DNA of 64,000 nucleotides from Cenococcum geophilum (Eukaryota). The translations under genes were made by a program, and so were the position numbers. A model generated the notes under the pieces. That model saw only the letters and a list, made by a program, of their open reading frames with translations, was not told the DNA's origin and did not search any database. The stretch is taken from the NCBI GenBank assembly GCA_050273025.1, contig CP158635.1, positions 12,772,001-12,836,000 of the forward strand. The letters are read 5' to 3'. Shown one piece after another: positions 21,128-33,100 of the stretch. Numbering within the stretch: position 1 is the first letter of the stretch; every line of letters starts with the position of its first letter.

Positions 21128-23835
21128 CGGAAGTCGCTAACATAGCCAATTGCACCTTCCTAATTAGGCAGTTGGGCTCACCGCCCACCGGCAGAATAAC
21201 TTCTGCAGCTTCAACCCCGCTATCACACCGACAAACGCCACCAGAGCCCTATCATCTACATAGAAATAGCCTATAAGTAACCCTGGAGCTTTAGAATCCC
21301 TATACTAATTATGGTCTTCTACCAGCTCACAACCAGGGCGCAAGCCCTAGCCATAAAGGCCATAGGAGTTACAATAGAGCACATCCAAAATATCACTCAA
21401 ATCAAACGACGCGCTCTTCAATATTTATTTAAAAGGCTCTCAATTACGGCTAGAATCCTACCACAAATCCTCTTATCCTTAACGGCTATATTATTAACGC
21501 TCCTCGGGCTAGTAGAAAGCTTAAAGTTACCTATAAATTTAAGCAGCGAATTCTTAAAAAAGTTACCTATAATTAATATGGTAGAGAAAAGTCTTACGCC
21601 TATATTACTGCTAAATATGGCTGTTTAGCCTAAACCGTATAGTAAGTTCTACGATATTATAGATATAGAAAGATAAAGCTAACTAAAAAGCCCTACCTCT
21701 TACCTGCGATAAAGGAAGCTCGCCTTTAGTTCGCCCTCTGGTATTAAAATTAGACAATTAATAATTGGAAAAACATTATCTAGACTAATAAAACGGGCGT
21801 TATTCTACACTATAGAAAAGGTAGATATTAACTTTAGCGCTTAGCTAAGGAACGTGTTAAGAAGTTATTTGTTTATCCTTAATTTATAAAGGCCAATAAA
21901 TTTATATTCTAGGGCGGTTTCTTATATAACCAAAAGGGTCCGTGCTATATCTAAAGGCCCAAAATAGTAAATAAGAAGAAGGCGTTAAAGCTAGAACTTA
22001 AGATAATAAATATAGTAATAGAGCTAAAGCTTTAAGAGGCGTAGAAGCTTACTACTGGTCTATAATAACCGGGCCTTTATAATAAGCTAGGTAGGAAGCC
22101 AAGCTTCTATATAAATAAAGAGAATAAAGCCTTTAAGTGAAACTCTAAAAAAGGCGATATTAATTGGTATTATTATCTCACTAAGATCCTCCTTCTAATT
22201 CTTATCCCGTTTGCTATTAAGTGCTAGATTAATTGTCTAGATACGCTTATATAAGAAGATAAAGCTTTAGTTTACTTATTAAAGCACTAATAGATTAATT
22301 TTAACGCAGCTAGCCTTTAATAATTGCTTTAGCTAGGTAATTTACCGGATTTAAATATAATAGAACTATGCTAGAACTATCTAAAGTAAGTTATTATAAA
22401 GAAGGGAGTATATAGAAACTAAGTAGAAGTTAAGCGAGCTTAATAGAAGGTATAGGAGGAGCTTAAACAGTGGCAAATTTAAGCTTAGATTAAGCGAATT
22501 CCACGTTATATTTAGGAGGTTATTCGCTATAGAGGGAATAACTATCGCGAAGGTACTGCTGACTGTGCATGAGATTAGAAGGCGCTTAAGAAGCTAAATT
22601 AATATCGCTATTAAATAATTACTTATATGCGATAGCAGGTACTTTTAAGCCTTAATTAAGTTAACGAGAATAAACTTCTACTAAGGAAGCCTAAGCCGCT
22701 AGAGCTTCCAAAGCTTATGCAAATGGGCCCTTATCTACCTTATAATTTAATTAATTTAAAACCTCTATATAATAATTAAGATCCAAAGCTTTGCCGCCGA
22801 CGTTATAACAAATAGAACCCCCTTTAGCCGCCCACTTAATTAAAAGCTTTCCTTAAGCCTCTACTTAAGCCTCTGCTACCTATTAAGCCTTCTCCTCCTT
22901 AGCCGCGATTAATCTAGAATTAACTAGATATAAAAAGCCGGAATATAAAAAAGGCAGCGTTTAAAATTAGCTTTATAGAGCCTTAAATTAGGTAGTAGTA
23001 GGAGCGGTAATAGGAGCGGCAGTAAAAACAGCAATAGGAGTAGCAGCAGAAGCAGTAGTAGGAGGAAGAATACTAGAAGGATATAAATATTAGGTGGAAG
23101 ACAATTAATAATCTAAAAAGGAAGCAGGTAAAAAAGGACTCTACTACTATATCTAGTAGGGCCGTAGATAAGGGCAGAGCCTCTACTAAGGCCTCTACTA
23201 GTAGGACAATTTATATTAAATTAAGCTCTATAGAGCTTTATATAGATCCTTCGCCAGAGGCTCTGCTATACTAAGGCTCTATATAAAAGATTCTAAAGAA
23301 GGCAGAAAGGTAGCAGCGACTTAAATATAGAGAGGGCTATGTTTAACTAGTAGAGGACGTTCCTAAGCCTCTATAGGTGTTACGGAAGTAGGCACGAGCT
23401 GGAATACAATGTACTAAACGGGGTAGTAATTGAAGAAGGCTACGTACACGTAACTATGCGTGGTTAATATAAAGATATTTGGATGCAGAACAAAACAGAA
23501 CAGGTTAGGTATGGGTATAAATAGGGGTTGTAGGGGAACGTACGTAGGTGTCTCGGGACGAACGTAAGTATAGGTTAAGAACGTCAAAACGCGCAGGGAC
23601 GTAAGAACGTGTGAGTCCCGTGACAATAGGGTAGAAAGCTACGCTAGCGTAGAGCTTAACACCTTCTAATTAGCTAGCATATTAATTAATTAACCAAATA
23701 TATATATATAGCATTTTATTTAAAGCTTTAAGAACGAATTTAATGCGTCTGGCGTTAAAATTCATATTCTGCCGGTGGGCGGTGAGCCAAACTGCCTAAT
23801 TAGGAAGGTGCAATTGGCTATATTAGCGACTTCCG
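21128..23835 (+). mobile_element. Tc1/IS630-type DNA transposon #3 with 71-bp TIRs
   Basis: TIRs 21128-21198 and 23765-23835 (2 mismatches). TA on the right flank, GA on the left. Confidence 0.92.
21311..23433 (+). pseudogene. DD34E transposase pseudogene with possible long C-terminal extension
   Basis: ATG 21311. NWKNII*TNKT (from WTDET), I*EDKALVY and GNLPDLNIIE with a 34-residue D-E spacing. Core ends near GNNYREG ~22554; the same frame continues to ~23433 with only RIP-compatible stops. Confidence 0.8.
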
Positions 23836-24730
23836 TAATTCGAGTTAATATTATTAATGGGCGAACTTAGTAGCAAAACCCTGCCTGCCAAGACTCTGGC
23901 GGCGATATAACGGTGTAAATAACGGGTGATACTTAGATAAACTTTTTTAGTAAGGAACGCTAAGAAAAATAAGGTTTAGGGCATCACTGCACATAAACTT
24001 TAGTATATTTCTATATAATATTAAAAGCTTTAACATTTTCAATCAACTCAATTTAATTAGGCCCTCTAGATTAAATGCGTTGCCAAGCTCGCGAGCTCTT
24101 AGTTAATTGAATTGATTGAGTCTTGGCATTCAATTCAATTCAATATTAAAGCCTCGTTAAATAATTGGCAAGCCCGCTTAGCGCTGTCTATAGCCAAATC
24201 AACAGCTAGATAGAAGAGAACTAGCCATTAAGGGTTTGTCTAGGCCGTATGACTCGAATTAGGAGGCTGGTTATATAGACCTTACGTTATTAGGGCATAC
24301 TTATAAGCGCTTAAAATATCAGGTACGCCCAAGGATGCATATAATCAGCCTATAGATTTTAATTATTATAAAATCACCCTATCTGATTATAATTGATTGC
24401 ATTAATTATTTTAGTTATATACTAATTTCCTAATTAGGATTAGATTAGTCTTAAGAGGCTCTATAAGTTATACTACTTAATTCTCTTATCTACTGCCTCA
24501 TTTGCTTTCTAATTACTCACTATACTCCTACCCATATCGCGGCTCGTCGTTATATTAATGGATCCTTTAAGGTTAATAACTTTGACAGCTATATCTACCG
24601 TCGCGAAGCCTCCTAACTTAACGATCTATTAAAGCCAGCTTTTTAAACACTTAGATTACTCTACTACTATTGCTTTAAGCCTTAATCGCTCCTATAATAT
24701 TATTCGTTAAGCGCTAAAGAAGATATATTC

Positions 24731-24955
24731 TGTTAGGTGAAACCTAAGTAGATAGTTATATAGCCGTAAGGTACGGGCGACCCTAGGGCAACCCAGGGGT
24801 GACTCGCCCATAAGATACGTGCTCTGCATATACCTAGAAAAAACCCTTCCTACCTCGCACACAGACTCCTCCTTTTCCCTTAAGGATTCGTCTCTATTTA
24901 TACAATACACCTATTATTCTATCATTGGACTCCCTATCTATATTCTTACCTTATA
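24731..24955 (+). repeat. 5' LTR of element C
   Basis: Direct repeat of 62927-63151. Confidence 0.92.
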
Positions 24956-27900
24956 TTTAAATCCTTACCAATCCCTTTAGGAGGATAGCCAGTTTAATTT
25001 TTCTATAATACCTCTGAAAAGAAAACCGACGCCTACACCTAATGGTAATACGCTGGCGATGCGACCGTAGAACGCCTTAGGATCTAGTACAGACGAAACC
25101 GCTAAAAGTACACTAGTAGCATCTAAGCCATTTTCTAAATCTTAAAACAATTAGATATCTATAAACGCTAAAGACTAGTTTAACTTATATACCTAGGCTT
25201 AATAGGAGCTTAGTAAGGTTACCAGTGTCCTACCTAATACCGCTAATATAAAGGAGCTAGATAAGCTGGCTAAGAAAATAGCTAACTTATAGAGCATTAT
25301 CAATTTAATAAAGCCCTTCCGTTGCCTCTCTAGTAAAGAGTATAAGTTACGTAGCGAATATATACGCTGATTAAATCTTAACGCCCTAGTTAAGAAGTTA
25401 CTACTTAATATTAGCGGTACTACCTAACAGCATTTTAACCGGTAAATTACCGCAGTTAAGAACCGATTTAAGGTTAATAACGCTAACTACGACTATAAGT
25501 GACGTACGCGCTAGGCCATTAAAGATCTTATAAAAGAGAAGACAATTGCCCAACTAGTTTATTACCGGTTAGGCACTAAGGACAAGGGTCCTTTACTATA
25601 GGATGAATTTAAGACTATAGTTTAAGACCAAATTAGGAACCCCATAGTAAGACGCTTTAATAACGCTATAATATACTATACGGCTATTATAAAGGAGAAC
25701 TAGAGGTTTGACGTCTTCCTAGCCCATATACGTAGCTTAGAGGACCTTTTTTTATATACCCCTTTTGTTAATCCTAAATAATAGGTAAACTTTTAGTTCT
25801 TACGTCTCCCAGCCCACCTATAAGTAGAGCTCTTCCGCCAGAACTTTGCCCAATGGGTAAGAACCGCTAAAAACCTCTTTAACGAAATCCTCTATATAGA
25901 GTAATTGCTCAATACCACGAAGCTCGCGGAAGATTGCGTAAGTAGCAGTAGCAAATCATCGCGTATAAAGCGCGGTTACAGTATAGGCTCTATAGACTTA
26001 GGCTTAGGGAATAAAACCTAAAAAGGGTGACGCTTTTTTAAGTAAACCCCTAGGGAGATTACCTAAAAGCTAGATAGCTTAGGGGACCCCCTAGATACTA
26101 GTGCTACGGACGCGAGTTAAAGGACCGTAGGCGGCCACTATAAGGAACACTAAAAGCAGGCCAATAGAGAGAAGTTAGCTTAGCCTTTAGAAAACCTAAA
26201 GCCCTAATAGCGTATCTCTTTTAACTATAACTAGGGCCTAATATAGAGGGAGAGAAGAAACGTATTATAGTATATATTGCGATGGATACGCCCTAGGGCA
26301 AAGTCCGCCTATATACTTTATATAATAATGGGTGCTAAATTAACCTTATTAATTAAGACGTTGTCCGTAGGTTTAACCTGCCTATACGCTACGCGCTATA
26401 TTTACGTAAACCTATTATACGTTTCCTTAATAGCAACCAGATAATAATCTAAGATGCCTATAATCTAACGGTCACCACTAGCGACTCCTAGGGTACCCCT
26501 CGCACTATCGGCCCACAGTCCTTTTAGGGCGGCTTATTTAATAGTTATAATATAGTTCTTAAATAGGATTGGCTCGCGGAAGCAGATCTATTAATTAGCT
26601 TCCGTTCTAGATAGTTTATTTAGGGTACTTTAGACCCTAAACGCCTTTAGATAATTACCCTTAACGCTTTCCTAGCAAACATTAAGGCTAGCGAAATAGT
26701 CTATTTGCTATAGCCGGAAGACTCCTTTTTTATACCAGTTGTAAACATAATAGAGGACCTGTTATTACTAGTAGCGAGTACCTATATAAACCCTCCGGAC
26801 GTAGAGACACTAGTTATAAATATAGTAGAGGACCTGCCGTTATTAGCAGCAAGTACCTATAGAGACCCTCCGGTGCCGACGCAGATCACCTATATATAAG
26901 GGGGAGGTGATTAAAACCCTAAAACTATTAAGTATACTACAGTAGAGCTATATACACTCTTAGTGCGAGTATACCTATAAAACGTATATTAGCTATACCC
27001 TTCTCTTTACTAGCTCCAAGAAGCACACTACTATGTAATAGTTACTTTAACCTCCGTAGCCCCCGGCCTACTAGATATATATAAGGAGGAAATTAATATC
27101 TTCTTTAATAAGCTAGTAAGTATACTACCGCAGAACTCTAAGTACGACTATATAATCGACTTAGAAGAAGGTAAGACGCCACTATAAATTCCCCTCTATA
27201 ACCTCTTATAAAAAGAGTTATAGATCTTATAGAAGTACCTAGATAGTGCTCTTAAAAAGGGCTAGATTAGGCCCAGTAAGTCACCTACTAAAGCGCCCAT
27301 CCTCTTTATGCCGAAAGCAGACGGTATAATACGGCTATACGTCGACTATAGACGTCTAAATAAGATCACGATTAAAAACCGGTACCCCCTACCGCTAGTT
27401 AGCGAACTCTTTAATAGGCTTAGCTATGCGAAGATATTTACAAAGCTGGATCTTTATAATGCGTACTATAGGATTTGCATTAAAAAGGGAGACGAATAGA
27501 AGACCGTATTTAAAACACGCTATAGTCACTTCAAGTACCTAGTAATGCCCTTTAGTCTTACTAATACCCCTATAACGTTTTAGAGCTATATTTATAAAGC
27601 TCTAGAAACCCTAGTAGATACTATCTACGTGGTTTACCTAGATAATATTCTTATCTACTTAAATAATAAGGATAAGCACGTCGAGCACGTTAAGCAGGTA
27701 CTGCGATAGCTTCGCACTTAGGGCCTATACGCTAAACTATTAAAATGCATCTTTTATACTAAGAACGTTGAGTTCCTAGGCTTTATTATTACCCCTAGGG
27801 GTATCGTAATAGACCCTAACCACGTAAAAGCTATTAAGGAATGGCCTAAGCCTAAGTTTTATAGGGACATCTAGGTCTTCCTTAGCTTTGCTAACTTCTA

Positions 27901-29843
27901 TAGGCAATTTATCTAGAACTACTCGGATACTATATACCCCCTACACGTATATCTTATATAGGCATATCGCGACCTAACGTTAGATGGGGAGAAGAAGAAG
28001 AAGCGTAAGTTAAAAGGGCCTACTAAATAGTATTAACCCTAGTCCTAGCCCGATAACGCGTAATAGGCGTTCTGTAAGCTACACACTACGTTTATATAGG
28101 CTTCTCTACTTCGCCACTTTAACCCTAATCTACCCCTAATAGTAATTACTAACGCTTCTAACTATACCTATAGCGGTATACTTCTATAGCCTTTAGGGTA
28201 GGGAGATTAACCCCACTAGTACCCAATCGCCTATTATAGTTAGAAGCTTACTAGCCTAAAAGTATAGTATAATACGTATAATAAAGAACTACTCGCTATA
28301 GTGCAATACTTTAAGACGTGGTGCTATTACCTTAAATACGCCGCGTATGTAACGCGCGTGCTTTGCAATTATAATAATTTTAGGTACTTTATAACCACTA
28401 AGAGCGTATCTACTTACTAGGCCTAGTACGCTAAGGAACTAGCTAAGTTTAATTTTAAAATTAAATATAAGCTAGGTAAGATAAATCCTACTAATATACT
28501 ATCCTAGCGCCTAGATTATACTAAAGGCTTTAAAGATAGTAGTAAGAGGACAATCCTTAATGTTATACTACCTATATTGTAGCAAAAGTTGCGGGTTATA
28601 GGCCTTATGGGCGGCCCTAGTGCTACTATACTATACCAGTAAGTAGTATATATATAGTATATAAGCGACCCTTATAAACTTAGCGCCGGCGGACCAGAGC
28701 GTCCTACTATTCTCTTTAAGACCACTTTAACCGGCCTAATAGCGCTTAACCCTAGGGAAGACCCCTTAGCCTAGGCTATGGTCCCCTGTAATAACCTAGT
28801 AAGTTACCTATATATTATATATTACTTTACTAGCACCAACTTTACGCAGAGTCTTGTGCTATGGTAAAAGGTAGTAATAGCTACTTTAGCCAAAACGGCG
28901 TTTACGGAACACCCCCCTAAGTCACTAGTTAATTTTATTCGCGAAGTATAAAAAAGGGACGCCTTTATACGCTTTATATATAATTAGTTAACCTAAAAAT
29001 AAGTTTTTACTAGTAATAAAGACTATACCCTTAATAATTAAGGACTCCTAAGGTAAAATAATAAGGTCTAGGTGCCGAATTACATACTATTATAATAGGA
29101 GATCCTTAAGCGGAATTATAACAATCCTATAGACGGCCACTATAGGTTTAACTATACTTTTAAGGTAATTATATAGAGGTATACTTAAAACAGCCTTACC
29201 TAGGACCTCCGCAAATACCTAAATAATTATAATACCTACTAACGCTCTAAATCGCGCCGCTATAAACCCTATAGTAAGCTGCAGCCTCTTTAGGTCCCCA
29301 CCTAAGCCTAGCAGCATTATTTACTTAACTTTATTACGGATCTTTTAGAGTCCAAGACTCCTAATAGCGTAAAGTATAACTCCGTTCTTATCCTTATAGA
29401 CCGTTTTATAAAGCTAGTACGCTACTATCTAGTGTATAAGATAATTAATACTACGCAACTCGCAGAACTCTTATTTAGAGTCTTTATATAAATAGGGCCT
29501 CTAAATAATATTATCTTTAATAGGGGTAGTGTATTTATAAGCGAGTATTAGAGCACTATATACTACTATCTCCGCGTTTAACGTAAACTTAGCACCGCAT
29601 TCTACCTATAGATAGATAGTTAGACGGAGCGTTAGAACTAGGAGCTTAAGGTATACCTATATATATTTACAAACTGGGAACAGTCTAATTAGGCCTTCCT
29701 ACTTAAAGAAGCAGCCTTTACCTATAACTCTAAGGTCTATACTATAACAAAGCATTCCCCTATTAAGCTTACCTATAACCAGCTACTAAACGTCCTAGAC
29801 GGCATCTAAGACGCCTAGCAAGGTAGGGAGGGGTTTAAGTCAA

Positions 29844-30148
29844 TATAAAGGCGCGGAGAGACTTTAGGGAAAATTTAAAGGAATGATATAAATTCTATTT
29901 AAATCTAAGGGTATATAGCTCTCGCTAAAAACAAGACGTTGTATAAAGAAGAGAAGGGAATAATAAGAGAATTATATAATTGAATAGTTAGGGGCTTAGT
30001 GGTCGATACGTGCGTATATATATACGCGGTCTTTAACGGACTTTAGTAAAAGTTAATTAAGCTAGCAGAATTTAGTTAAAGCGTTAGAATTTATCTATTA
30101 AATATTTTACTAAAACATTCCTATTATAACTAGGCTAGTCCTATTATA
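29844..30148 (-). repeat. 3' LTR of element D
   Basis: Direct repeat of 61127-61431. Confidence 0.9.
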
Positions 30149-33100
30149 GTACCCCCCCTTTTAGCCAAAGGTCTAAATAATTTAATTTTAGTTAAGACTT
30201 ATAACTTATCGCGTGTCGTGTTTTCGCGTTAGGTGGTGGTATAGGATTTTACCAGTTCTAATTGTTAAGTAGGCCAATTAGGATTTTCTATACCCAGTAT
30301 AGGAAATTGCTATTAGCTTGGTTAAGGCGGTAAGCTAAACTAATATCTTTGTAATAGGTCTTAGCAAGGCAAATCTAACTAATTAGATAACTTTAACCGC
30401 TGGTTAAAGGTCCTTAATATCTTATATATTATATAATCGTATTATAAACGTTATAACGTATTTTAAGTTCTTTTTAATTTTAAGCTTCCTGCTATTATGT
30501 TTTATATATTTATATTAGGTAGCAGTTGTTTACCTTTATATTATATCTATCTAGCTAAAGTAGGCCGCAAAGAATAGTCTTTATAGAATTCTTTTACTAG
30601 GGAAGGCGCGTTGGTCTTAATCTAGTTATAGGTTTCCTAAGTTTATATTTTATATCCTTCCCACTTAATAAGAAGTTCGAATTGTTTAGATTATATTTTT
30701 TATTGTATATTATTAATCGAGTTAATAAAGTAAGAACTATTACCGTTATTAATAATTATAAGAGGTAGCGGTGGCACTTTGCGAGTTATAGGTTTACTTT
30801 TTAAGGGTTATAGCAAGTTTCCGTAAAACATTAGATGTATTTTTATCTTAGTTGGTAGTTTAAGCTTATAAGTATATGGGCTTAGTTTCTTCTTAATTTA
30901 ATATAGGCCTGTAAACTTCCAGTCTAGTTTCTTTAAGGGTTATTAAGTCTTTAGGTTTTATATATTTAGGTAAACTATATTACCTTCCTTAAAGTCCCAC
31001 GCGGGAGCTTATCCTTTATTTATATACCATTCCTATACTATTTAAGCGTACGCTAATTTACTTTATAATAGTTCCGTTAACTACTTTATTTAATTAGCGA
31101 AGTTATATGCGTTAATTAGTTAAATCCTCTTAATTATAGGTCCTGTTATATTAATTTTGGGTTATAGTTTAAATCTAAGTTAAGGGTCTTATCTGTAGGT
31201 TGCGTAAAACGGTATTATATCTATTAATTTATTCCTTATATTATTTGCAGTAAATTTAGCTAAAGGTAGCCACTTTTCCTAGTTATCTTGTAGGTAGGAG
31301 CAGTATATTTATAGGTATTATTCTATAATTATGTTTGCAATTTTAGTTTAACTATCTATCTCCGGATAAAATATAGTTAAGAGTTGTATTTATATACTTA
31401 ATTATTTATATAGGGCTTATTAGAAGTCTAAAACAAGCTAGCTTCTATAGTTGGATATTATTAAATTAGGAAGTCCGTATAGCTTAAAGACGTACTTAAT
31501 AAAATATTTGGCTACCAATATTGCATTAATTAAGTCTATAGGAATTATATATCGCATTTTTATAAGACGGTTAATAACTACCATAATATTTATAAACCTA
31601 TTACTATTAGGTAGGTCGACTATAAAGTTGATTAAAATATCTCGCTATCTTTATATTGGAATTGGCAATAGTTAAAGTACTCCTTACTTCTTTATATAAG
31701 AGGTCTTCCTACGTACGCACATTTTGTATACTTAAACGTATTTTCGTATATAGTTATACATTATAGGCTAGTAATATACTTGTTGGATAATCTTATAGGT
31801 CTTTATATAGCTAGGGTGCCCTACTATAGGGGAATCGTGTATAAATTTAAGTATCTTAAATTGTAAGGGTTTAGAATTTGGGACTACTATCTTCTATTAA
31901 TAGTATAACCAATTATTACGGATTTTGTATTTAGCGAGTATAATATTCTTATATTGCCGTTTCCCTATTTAAATTACTTTTATTATATCTACTATCTAGG
32001 GGTCGTTCTTATATTTATGCTTTATTAATTTCTCGATTTCTATATTCTACTTATTAATTTCCGATTTATTCCTATTAAGCTTTATATTTAAAAATATAGG
32101 GTGTAGTTTCTTAAAGCGTTTAGGGGGTAGTAAAATTCGTAATTAATTTATAATCCGTTTATTAAAGGCGCTTATAAGTAAGTCCTATAATTATTATATT
32201 AATAAATTAGGCTTCTAATTAAGTTTACTAGGTTAGTACGTAATCTTAAAGTTAAATTATAAGAGGTATTCGGCCTAATAAATTTAGCGCTACGTTAATT
32301 GCTTTATAGTTATAAAGTACTACAGGTTTTTATGGTCCGTTAATACGCGTATTAGGAATAATAATTCTTTAAGTTCTAAATACCATTATTTAAAGCATCT
32401 AATAATTATAAGTAGTTCCTTATTATATATCTTATAGTTTAATTTAGTAGGAGTAAGTTTCTAGGAGAGAAAGGCTACTAGGCGCAGCTCGCCGTTCTTG
32501 TTATGTTGTGATAATGTTCCTTCTGGTATATAATTAGACGAGTCTGTTTTAATAATAATATATTTAAGGTCCGGATTAAAGTGGGTGAGAATTAAAGTAG
32601 TTGTAAAATAATATTTTAGGTCGTTAAAAGCTTGTTTATATTTAATAGTCTATTTAAATCTTATATTCTTCTATATTAAGTTTATTAATAGCTAAACAAT
32701 TTTTAAGAAGTGATTAATAAATTAATAGTAGAAATTTGCAAATTCTAAAAATCCTTAGATATTTTATATACTACTAGGACTTTAATTCCGTTATAGGATA
32801 TAATTAGGCCTAAGTACGTGACTTTGGACGTATAGAACTTGCATTTCTTAATATCGTATTATAAGCCCGTATCTTATAGGCGTTTAAACACTATTTAGAC
32901 GTGTTTCTAATACTTAGAAAGCGAAGATAAATAGATTAAAATATTATTAATATACGCGGTAATAAATATATTAAGGAATTAGCGAAGCGTATTATTAACG
33001 TATTACTAAAATATACTGGGACTATTCTTTACACTAAATAGTATTACTAGGTATTTAAAAAGTCCCTATTATATATAGAAAGCTATATACTTTTTAGCTC

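Larger units (their letters stand above)
20775..24176 (-). mobile_element. Internally deleted hAT element #1 (hosts Tc1 element #3)
   Basis: TIR CAGGCTTGCCAAT / ATTGGCAAGCCCG. 8-bp TSD CTTGGCGC (20767-20774) / CTTAGCGC (24177-24184). Subterminal CAATT pentamer arrays at both ends. Dimerisation-domain remnant TIPPISLDPERIF...DIIEAS..GSWDKEG at ~20950-21125 on the minus strand. Confidence 0.88.

Noticed and set aside
26740..26875. ~75-bp tandem duplication in C
   Set aside because: In-frame duplication in the variable protease-RT linker; real but unremarkable.
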